Shown here: piece after piece, positions 38,881 through 49,700 of the stretch
Position numbering within the stretch: position 1 is the first letter of the stretch
How the letters are laid out: each line of letters starts with the position of its first letter
Origin: Lama glama
Lineage: Eukaryota
DNA: 64,000 bases
Assembly (NCBI GenBank): GCA_028534125.1
Contig: CM052816.1
Coordinates: 80,230,001-80,294,000, forward strand
Direction: 5' to 3'
Notes under the pieces: model-generated
Database searches by the model: none
What the model was told of the DNA's origin: nothing
What the model saw: only the letters and a program-made list of their open reading frames with translations
Program-made: the position numbers and the translations under genes

Positions 38881-40984
38881 TCCTACTTACCCTCCTACAT
38901 GCAAAATACATTCACCCCCACCGGCTGCAAAGTCCCCAGAGGTCTCATGCCATTATAGCATTAGCTCAAAGTCCAGAATCTTGTCCTTTACATCAGACCC
39001 AGAGGTGGATTAGGCCTCTTGACTGTAGTTCTTTAGTTCACCTCCTTGAGTACAGTTCATCTTGATCTGTTGGTCTGTGAAATGAAAGAGACAAGACATT
39101 GCCTTCCCACCCCCCCGACCCCCACCCCAATACAACAGTGGGACAGGGAAAGGATAACAAGCATAGATGTTCCTACTCAAAAAGGGGGAAATGGGAGAGA
39201 CCAAGGAGCCACTGGTCCATGGCAATTCTGAAATCCAGTTGGCCAGACATAAAAAAGTTCCTTGATGAGATTTTAAAGTCTATAAACACTCCAGTATATA
39301 TCTGAGAGAAATGAGTTGGTTTTTTGTTTTGTTTTAAATTATAACTACCGTAACATTTTTACAAAAAGAAAATAATAATTCCTTAATATGACCTGATATC
39401 CAGTGTTAAAAAGTATCCCCAATTTCAAAACAAGGTGTACAAACTGCATTTGATTAACACACCTAAGTCTTGAAATCTGCAATGATTTCTCCTTTACTTA
39501 TTTATCTATTTATTTATTAATTTGTCATTTGCTTTCCAACATTGTGAATATGCTGAGTATATCTCTTGGTGTTACATGGCATCTTCCTCTGTCCCACGCA
39601 TTAACCATAAGCAGATAATGTGCTTGCTTTGATCTAGGTTTAATCTTTTGCAGGATAATTTCATGGGTGATATTATCTATTGCATCACTCCAAAAGGTCC
39701 ATAACATCTTATTGTCTCTTTTTATGACATTAAAATTGATCAGTGAGTTCAGGGTATCTCAGCCACGTCCACATATTATAAGATTCCTCTATTAATTTTT
39801 GCCTAATGTTTTTAAGCAATCATTGATGATTATTGCTTAAATGCACTTCTTCATTAGCAGTTCCAAAATAGTGACATTTTAAAAGGAAGACTTCTTTCTT
39901 TAGCCATTTGGTTATCTGGAAATACTGTTCATACAGAAAAGATAGATGCTTGATTTTTTTCAGTTTCATTTATCACATTTTAGAATAATGAAATTGGTGC
40001 CTTAGCAACTTTTAAAGGTGATTAATTAGGTCTTTTAAAAAGGTATTATTATCAACTCATGATTTTTCATATATTTGACGTGTTTCAATCCCCCCCCAGT
40101 CATTATTCTAACTTAATGGTCCCATCCTAATTGTCACGGGGACACCCTTCAAGTTGGTACCTCCATCCTTTTGACTCAGACACAGGCTGAGCAGCTGGGT
40201 GGAGGGTCACGTGGAGACCGTGCAGTCTTCAATACTAACCAGACTTTCACGCTGTGACCTCGAATATGACTCTAGCAACCCAAGTCCTGCCAACTGCCTG
40301 AATTCAGCTTTCTCAAGCAGTTATGTGAACTACTTCATACCCTTCCAATGAATTATTTTGAATTTAAGCGAAGAATCCCTTCTGATCTAAGAAGGAGTAG
40401 AAATCAGGAGATCAGTTAACGTAAGACGGAGTGAAGAAGTATGTTCAGAAGAGTGAGTGCCATGTGACATCACTTATGTAAATTAAAACCAAAACATATT
40501 TTGATTAAACAAAATATAGTATATATGCAATAGAGCTACAGCATCGATAGATATAATGGACTGTGGACCACGCATCAGAATCATGGGAGTGCAGCGTCTT
40601 TAATGGTGGGGTGAGGAGGAACAAAGTTATGTAACTGCAGTAACTGGGTTAAAGCTTTTTGGAAGGAGCTAAAAGCAGCTGGCCTCTGATCTATTTACTC
40701 CTCTCAGCTGGTAATTGTGGAGATGCCCAGGTGACTAAAGAAAAGGCAAAAACTCAACCGAACCTTGAGTAAAGAAATTAATCATATTTGCTTGGAAGAA
40801 GAGAATTCACCTGCTGAATGCACTTAACAGGCTATCCCCTGGCCACAGGATTACTTATACTAAATAAATCTAGAATTGAGGAGGCATGGTTCTATAGCTA
40901 AGTAACTCTCTGGGATATAAAATAGCCTGTTTGGTGACCTGAGAACTTCATTAAAGACCTCATCAGTAATCGTGGGTTACAGGG

Positions 40985-41352
40985 CATATTCGTTTGCTAG
41001 GGCTGCCATAACAGGATACCATAGACTGGCTTGTTTAAACAAAAGAAATCTCTTTTCTCACAGTCCTGGAGGCTAAAAGTCCAAAACCAAGGGGTCAGCA
41101 GGTTTCTTTTGGTTTCTTTTGACGCCTCTCTCTTTGGCTTGCAGATGGCCGCCTTGTGCTATGTCCTCACATAGTTGTCCCTTGGTTTGTATTTTCCATG
41201 TTCTAATCTTCTCTTATAAGGACCCACTCATATGACCTCTTTTTACTTAGTTATCTCTACAGGCCCTATCTCCAAATACAGTCAGATTGTGGGTGCTGAG
41301 AGTTAGGACCTCAATATATGAATTTAGAAGGGACACGTTTCAGCTTGTTACA
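40985..41352 (-). mobile_element. MLT1 (MaLR) LTR
   Basis: gtttgctagggctgccataaca...ggccctatctccaaatacagtca. Confidence 0.85.
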
Positions 41353-41365
41353 GAGGCTATGTGTC

Positions 41366-42011
41366 TAATGCAGGAAGGAAGTGAGACAGGATGGAAGGGG
41401 GCAGGGCACAGCCATTCAAGGAACAACACAACAATTAACATCAAAATGGTGAAAGATTCAACCCCCAGTAGGCCTTGAGGCTCAGGATGATGAGAGATTT
41501 AACTTCTAGTGGATCTTGAGCTTCATTATACGCCCATTGTAATAAAGTAACATGGTGAGTAACACACCCACAGGCACCGTGGCAGTTCCAAGGCTAGCCA
41601 CAAAAGATCAAAGAGTGGGAAATGGCCAACTTCCTGGGAATTCCAGCCCCTCCCCCTTAGACTGGTGCTTCCACTTATTAGCATATGAAACCACCAAGTC
41701 CATAAAAACCAGCAACATGGCGCCTCGTGGCCGCCCCTCTATCCCCCTCTTCGGAGATGGCCGACATTCTGTCTATGGAGTGTGTACCTACCTACTTTTA
41801 ATCTGAGCACCCAACCCCCACACCTTGTAGCCTTTCTCTTGCCTTTTAATGTATCTCTCTAAATAAATCTACCTTCACTCAACTGTGGCTCGCTCTTGAA
41901 TTCTTTCCTGAACGAAGCCCAGGACCCACACTTGGCAGGGCACGTCCCAGGGGCTCAACCGAGACCTGGGACAGAGCCCTCCTGACGCCCCACATCTGTT
42001 TTCCTGCATCA
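41366..42011 (+). mobile_element. ERV1-like solo LTR
   Basis: Terminal inverted repeat TAATGCAGGAA / TTCCTGCATCA; CATAAAAA near 41701; AATAAA near 41862; U5-like ctcttgaattctttcctg. Confidence 0.8.
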
Positions 42012-42908
42012 GAAGGACCTGTAGTGTGAGACTTCCCAGACTTCTGGTTTGTCTGAGCTTTTCCGTGACCTGTATCTTTGAGCTCATTAGTAAAGTTTCA
42101 TGCTACTTAGACCTCTGGCTCACGTGAATCTGATCCTGGGTGTTAGCTCAAAGTTTATCTGTACTGTTTATTTTTTTAGAAAAATAGACTGGAAGCCACC
42201 ATGAAAAAATAGTGTCCTGGATGTCTGCTATATCATTTTGTACTTTCCTCTTTCAAGTTTCTCAAAATAAAAATAAAACAAGAGGAGGAGTTAAGGAAAC
42301 TTACGCCTGAACAAAGGTAGGAAGGTGGGATAGCAAGGGACGAGGGGTGGGGTGGCCGGGGTGTTACATTAAATGAGGTCATTAGCGGATGTGGCTCTAA
42401 TGCCCTTGCAGCCTCTGTAAGCAAATCAAATTTAACCTGGTAAACGCCTCAGTTATGAAATCAAAGGTTAAGAACCAAATACAAACAGCGAACTGGGCTT
42501 TAAGGTAAAACCAATCAATTTGTTCGCTTTGCCTCCGCCTTTTCTGTGTTTCTCCCTAGTTCCTAGTGCACTCCTAACTGCAAGGAGTGGGGCTATTTGT
42601 GATTATTTTATTGTACTTTTTAAAACAGTGCATTAGAATAAAAAAACTTGAAACCATAATTATCCATAGAAATGGCAGGTGCCAAATCAAAAATTTTTTA
42701 AAGCTCTCTCGTTTGGCTCTGATGAGCACTGCCCGCTCTAATTTTTTTTAATAGTCCGCATTACTCAAGCCGTGTGTGGAGGAAATCACTGGGTGGGTAA
42801 GAAGTAAAAGTGGTGAAAATAGTTTGCAGCTCACTGAAGAAAATACCATAGCATGGTTCTTTTCAACAATTTTTTAAAAAAATCAAAGCTATGTAGTTTC
42901 GTCTTTAT

Positions 42909-43003
42909 ATTTATTTGGGGTGGGTAATTAGGTTTATTTATTTCAGTGGAGGTACTGGGGATTGAACCCATGACCTCGTGCCTGAGAGCTATACCCTTAC
43001 CCC
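42909..43003 (-). mobile_element. tRNA-derived SINE (camelid type) with internal deletion
   Basis: ggtaattaggtttattta...ggtactggggattgaaccc...gagctataccc. Confidence 0.85.
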
Positions 43004-43229
43004 TTAAATTTATTTTATGAACTCAGTTTTGAGTATTTTACATGCCACTTTCTTAAATATTTATATGCTTTTTTTTCCTCCAGGGCAGGACAGAGGTAGG
43101 GTCCCAAACAGCACAGCGGTGGGGATCGCAACAATGAGAGTAATAGCGTCCGGGGAAGACGAAGACAGGTCTCAGGCTCGAAATGCCAAGCCCAGAACAC
43201 AATTTGGAACCCAGCACGGGACGAAAACA

Positions 43230-43760
43230 AGCTGCTCAGCTGACCCGGCGCCCGCGACCCGGGAAGCGCGCCAAGGCGCGGGCTCCGCGGCAGCGCGCAG
43301 GCGCACGCGGGTCGGCGGCGGGCGCGCACCCGGGCTGGAGGGCGGAGGGCGGCGGGCGGCGGCTACTCAGTTTTCCTCGCCGCCGTCGGGAGACTGCGCG
43401 GGCGCCCATGGCTCTGCGGGGCGTCTCGGTCCTGGAGCTGGCGGGCCTGGCCCCGGCCCCGTTCTGCGGTATGGTCCTGGCGGACTTCGGGGCGCAGGTG
43501 GTGCGTGTGGACCGGCCCGGCGTCCTCGCTGAACCGAGCAGCTTGTCCCGAGGAAAGCGCTCGCTGGTGGTGGACCTGAAGCAGCCGCGGGGGGCGGCGG
43601 TGTTGCGGCGCCTGTGCGCCCGGGCAGACGTGGTGCTGGAGCCCTTCCGCCACGGTGAGCGGCCGACCCGGGGCCGACGCGGGGCCGGACGGGGCCAGGG
43701 CCCCGAGGAAGGGAGGGCGCCGGACCGGACGGCCTGAGGCTGCGCCGGGCACACTTTTGC
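43230..43760. promoter_or_regulatory. CpG-island promoter of AMACR with GC boxes and NRF1-like site
   Basis: Very high GC/CpG density; GGGCGG at 43340, 43347 and 43354; CGCGCAGGCGCA at 43294-43305; no TATA seen. Confidence 0.9.
43408..43654 (+). CDS. AMACR: AMACR exon 1 coding part
   Basis: [37 protein letters not shown]...VLEPFRH; CACG|gtgagc. Confidence 0.97.
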
Positions 43761-46700
43761 CCTTTTGCCCCAGGAGCCCTTCCCTTCCGGGTCTTTCTAC
43801 ACCTTTCTGTTCTTGCTGATCATTCGCCCCCTGAGACGGTCTTACATACTCGGAGTCTGAGATACTGCTGTTGCCCTGATCTTCTTGTCCCTTTCTCTGA
43901 CTCCTTCCCAAGTTCCTCTTTTCTCCAGTCGCCCCTTTCTGTTTGCTTGAGGGTCATGAACCCAATGAGAATCAAACGAAAGCCAGAGAGGCTCTCCCCG
44001 GAAAACTGCACATAGGTACGTAGTCATTTTGCTGCCGTTTTGGGGCTTGGTGTGCCCTGTAAAGCCATCCACAGACCCAGGCTAACTCTCCCTGCCTTAA
44101 ACGCTGGTGTTCCCAAGTTCTAGCTTCCGCTTAGTTTCCTTTACACCTTGTTTCTTCGAGCTACTGTATCTATTCCCGTTGTCTTCTGGACAGAGGATGC
44201 CCAAATCTATAACTGTACCCACTTCTGTTAGGACCACAGGCCGCCAGAATGTACAGGTCCTGCCCGTCTCTCGGGCACTACCCCAGGCACCGCAACTTCC
44301 ACATATTCCGAACCAAGCCCATCCTCTTCCCTCCTAAAATGGCATCTCCCCCTTCTGTGTTACTTATTTCAGTGAGTGGAACCAAGATCCACCCAGTTGT
44401 CTGAATCAGAAACTTGTACTTCATCGAGAACTCTACACCTTCCTTTCTCCTCACCTCCTTTCAGTTATCACCCACCCACTCATTCTGCTTTCTGTGACTC
44501 AGGGTTCTCTCCACACCTGCTACAGCTTCCTCGACACTGTTGTAACAGCCTTTTTAAAGCTGATAATTGGGTCTGACACCACTCCAGTCTGTTCTCCGAA
44601 GACCGCCAGAGTTGTCTTGCTCAAATCCAAATGCAAATCTTTGCCTGTTGGATAACAGAAAGGCACTAAACATTTGGTGAATGAAATGAATGTCTCTAGG
44701 GCACCAGGCACATTTAAACATGTTAACTAATTTACTTTCACAGCTGTATTTGAGGATTGTAATAGTAATTAGTAATCAGGATTGTATCATAATTTAATAA
44801 TGCCTATTTGAAGTTGAAGGAGGCTCAGCCTGGTTAAATATGTGAATACAGACATAGCTGCCAGGGGAGGGGATTGTGGCTGATGTTTATCTTGGTGGAG
44901 AACTAGACTTCTTGTGTTACTTACCATTTACAATTTATTATCTACTCTTTATGGTATCATGGTCCTCTACCTGCAGTTCCTTGGCATCCCCCAACCACAG
45001 GCTGTGTAATGGTATTTACTTTTAAAGAAAGTCTGCATGTAAGCGACCTGCACAGGTCAAACCGGCCTTGTTCCCGGGTCAGCTTTACTTGCTGGTAACT
45101 TAAGAGCAATTAAATGCTGTTGTAGCAAACCTTTCTTTTCACAGATACTTATTGAGCTTTTGTGTAGAGGTGCTGATGCAAGGCACTTTAGAGGCCCGTG
45201 GAAACTGATGAGGCATGAATCCTGCCACAGGATCTTCTGAGCTGATAGGGGAGATGGAATATATATATATACATACATACATACACACAAGTACAGCACA
45301 AGGTGGAAGGTGGTAGGCACTGATGTGGGCATGGACAGAGAAAAGATCCTAAAAGGAATAGCAGCTTGTCCAAAAATGAATTTTTGATCAAATGAAGACC
45401 AAGTGTAACTTCCAAGAGAGCAGACCATTTCTGATAGATCACCAAGGAGAGAATTTGGGGAAGTATTAAGGGACTGACTAGAGGGAGGAAATGTCCACTC
45501 TGAGGATCGAGGAGGCTTGGGTATGCCTGAAGGGGTGCGGGCAGTGCTGGAGGTATATAGCACCTTGGGGCAGAAGCTGCACATTCCAGAAATGGGGGCT
45601 TCAGCCTTTTGGTCCTTAATTACTGAAAACCCTGTAAACCGACAACAAATGTTATTGGTATTCCTGGCAACAGTGCTGTTTTATGTTTGTCGCAGGCGTG
45701 CTGAAGGAGGCTCTAAGTTCATGCTGGCTTGAAAACAGTTTGCAACTTTTCTCTTAAGGTGTCATGGAAAAACTCCAGCTCGGCCCAGAGATTCTGCAGA
45801 GGGAGAACCCAAAGCTCATCTATGCCAGGTTGAGTGGATTTGGCCAGTCAGGAAGATTCTCTAGGGTAGCAGGACATGACATCAACTATTTGGCTTTGTC
45901 AGGTATGTTGGAAAAAATAATTTCTCTATGCTTTTTATTTTGTTCCCAGTCAAGATCTACGAGTGCACTGATTAAAAAGAATTTTTTTAAGGTGAAGATT
46001 TAAATATTTATCAGAATCAATAAAGAGCATGTGGTTGTTTAAAAGGGTTAGTTTGTCTTGGAATAGTTGTTCTCGACCTCTCCCTGCCTGAACACATTGA
46101 AGGGATGATATACTGTCACTAGTAACATTTACTTACTACACTTGGGGAGTGAATTCTCCAGCAAGCCCCAGCTAGGAGGGAAGAGACTTGGTGGTACTAG
46201 AAATGATTGCTCTGTGGTTTGAAAATCCTAATATAGTTTGAAACCTCTTCTCCCCTACTTCGTTGAGAATCATTGTCTGAGTCGCCATTTTAGAAATTCT
46301 GTGGATACTATAAAAAACCCGTGGTTTTCAGGTCATAATATCACCTTACTAGAATTGTTGCCTGTAAGAACATGTCTTAGAATGGCCTAATTCTAGATTT
46401 CTAAGAACTGTGTTGCTGAATAAAGAAAGTCGCAAATTTTCTGTGTCCACATTCAAAGGCTGAGGAAAACAGTGTAGAATTGGCTTTTCATATCTATTTA
46501 AAAGTTTAATTCCTTTTCTTTTTCTTATGTTTGTTTTCTTGCATTTCTTTCTTATAAGAATAAAAGTGCGTTATATGGGTGTAAAGCCAGAAAGTCAATG
46601 CATAACAACCATTTTCTTCCCCAAACCCAGTGAATAAAACCTTAGCAATAGAATTCTGAATACATTCATTGGAATAAAGTTTTAGAGAACCAAAAACAAA

Positions 46701-49700
46701 ACAAGGAACTTTTTTCAGAGGGAAGGCTTGCTTATAAATACACTGAACAAGTTTAGATTTAGAAAAGCATTAAGTATTTGTTTTCACTTATGTCAGCAAC
46801 TAGAGAGATTGGTGTTCCCCTTAGATGTTCATGTATTTATTTAAAAGAGACATTAAATTTATAGTTAGTGTTCCCACTTTTTTTTTTTTTAATGATGTAG
46901 GTGTTCTGTCAAAAATTGGCAGAAGTGGTGAGAATCCATACGCCCCGCTGAATCTCCTGGCTGACTTTGCTGGTGGTGGCCTCATGTGTGCACTGGGCAT
47001 CACACTGGCTCTGTTTGAGCGCACACACTCTGGCAGAGGTCAGGTCATTGATGCAAGCATGGTAAGTGTTAAGTGGGGGAAATGATAAGCCTGCCAGTTG
47101 TACACAGGATGCTGTATGGCTGCCTCAAGTCCTCTTCTGAACAAGACAAGATAAATGAGAGCTGAAATTTGAATCCAAGTTACCAAGGGTGGCTTTTTCT
47201 TTAAAACAGCTTCATATCTTTGACATGTCAGAATGTCATATTTTAGTCATCTATGTGGAGTCAATTTTCTAAAGTTTCCATGATTCACCTGATTTCTATG
47301 TTGTGTTTCAAGAATTTTCCCCACACTTGTGCTTAGAATATGGTTTTCCAGCAGTCTTCATCCGAACCTGGGCTCAGAAAGTCTCCCTCAGCAGGTAGAA
47401 AAGATTCTTAATGATACTCAAGTGAAAGGGACCAGTGTAGACCTGCCTCCTGCCTTGCATCGGGGATGTCATGATGCTCCAGTGTTTTCAGCATCATACA
47501 CTGAGCACTTGCCTCATGTTATCCTAGGCGCTTTTCCTGTGTGATTTCCCCCTGTGTGATTTCAAAACAACAATTTTACTTGGAATACATTGTTATTTTA
47601 AAGAAGAGGAAACTGAAGCATAGAAATTTGCCCAAGTTCTCACAGCTAGTTGATGGGAGCCCAGTCCAGCACAACTACACGTTTGCCTTTGGACAGATCT
47701 TTGGAGGTAGGGTGGAGAATGGATGTGATGGAGACGAGACTGGAGGCAGAGGGACCAGTTACTGGATTACTGCTGAGAGATAAAGGCAGGTACTAAAATG
47801 GTTCATGGCAGAATGGGTCTGGATTTAAGGATTTACTTCTGAAATGTAAAATTGCTGGGATTTGATGATGTATTGGTGGTGAAGGGAGTGGGAGGCATCA
47901 AGGTTGGTTCCCCTCTTTCTGGCTTGGAAGGCCCAGTAGGTGGTGTCACTGGTGCCCTGGGGGAGGCATGCTGAAGGAGGCGTCCAGAGCACAGACTCCG
48001 GTGGCCAGCTTCCCCCACCCCAGCTCTGCTGTTACTAGGTCTGTGATTTGGGGTAAGTTACTGAGCTTCCCTGCCTCAGTTTCCTTGTTTGTAAATGGAG
48101 ATAACAGTGGTTTCTACCTCACAGTGTTGTCAGAGATTTAAATGAGTCCATCTGTTTTTCACTGTTATGTAAATAACAGCTTGTGGGTTCTGTTCGTCAT
48201 GGGTTTTGTCCAGCAAAAATCCCACCGTGGAAGAACAAAATTACTCAAGACTTTATCAGGTCAAGAGAGTGAGAGGGAGCCAGAGACCAACTCCCCGAGC
48301 TCCTCCAAAGCTCTTGTATTTATTGAGAAGAGTCAAACAAAGAAAGTAAAACGTCATAGGAATGAGTGAGGGGCATGGTGTATGTGCAGGGATGCAGGTC
48401 AGTAGCTTCAGTTCGTGAAAAACAGAAACATAATCTTAATTTATACTTAGAGAGAAGGTTCCAGTATTGATAGTACAAACGGTTATTTTAAACCTCAGAC
48501 AATCATGAGCAAGGTTACAGTGCTCCGAACAATTGATAGTGAAAATCCGGACCACCACAGAGTCTCCATGCAATAATCAGAAATCGTCTAAGCACGCGAA
48601 GCAGCCCAGCTGTTCCCAGCTAAGGGCTGCGTCAGTCTTCTGTGAGCAGGAGCAGCCTACACGATCCGCCTAGGCCTGATAAGCGAAGCGTGTCCTGCCA
48701 GTTAGGGCCAGGGACGAATTATGGTTTTCCATAAGCACAAGCAGCCCTGAATCTATGACCTCACACTAAGCAAAGCATGTCTCTGCTTTTTATGGGGAGG
48801 AGACAGGTTGTAGCAGATTCCTGCTGGCAAAGCAGCTTCCAGGCAACTGAGCTGAGTTCCACAGGTAAAGTGGTGACTGGTATTGAGAGCTTGGTCTTTT
48901 AAGCTTTTGGACTTTTTGCTTTGAGGTAGCAGTATAAAGTCAAATATAGAAAGCATTGGTTTTGATTATACATTTCTTACGTGTTTACGTAAAGGTGAGA
49001 ATACATAAAGGTGAGAATATGATTTGGTAAAAGCAATCATTGCAGTATCAAAGTTTGTAAACCCAAGTTTGTGCTCCCACAACAGCTGTCTTAGAGGAGA
49101 CACTCTGTAAAGAGTTTGTTATCACTATTATTAGAAGAAAAGTTCTTTTAAAAAAAAGGCAAAAAAACTTATTTACAAAACAGAAACAGACTCACAGACA
49201 TAGAAAATAAACTTATGGTTACCAGAGGGGGAATGGGGTGGAAGGGATAAATTGGGAGTTCCAGATTTGCAGATACTAACTAATATATATAAAATAGATA
49301 AGCAACAAGGTTATACTGTATAGCACAGGGAACTATATTCAGTATTTTGTGGTAACTTACAGTGAAAAAGAATATGAAAACGGATATATGTATGTTTATG
49401 TATGACTGAAGCATTGTGCTGTACACCAGAAATTGACACATTGTAAACTGACTATACTTCACTAACAATATATAGATACAAAAAAAAAAAAAAAAGAAAG
49501 AAGAAAAGGAATGCAGTTTTGGTCATTTCAAGTTTGATCTGCCTCTCAGATACCCAGATGGAATCCCCGAAGCTGGGCATCAGAAGCAAGTTCCAGAGTC
49601 CTTTGGGAACCGCCTGAGACTGCGATCCGCTGGGAAAGGGAGCAGGAGAGCGGCGCTGGGGGAGTGGGTGGGCAGACCCCCTCTCTGCTCCCTTCTCCTC

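Noticed and set aside
43015..43911. Several long overlapping ORFs on both strands at the AMACR 5' end
   Set aside because: Stop-codon scarcity in a CpG island; only 43408-43654 resembles a known protein.
45057..45584. 175-aa antisense ORF in AMACR intron 1
   Set aside because: Low-complexity translation crossing a (TA/CA) tract and old repeat-like sequence; no domain recognised.
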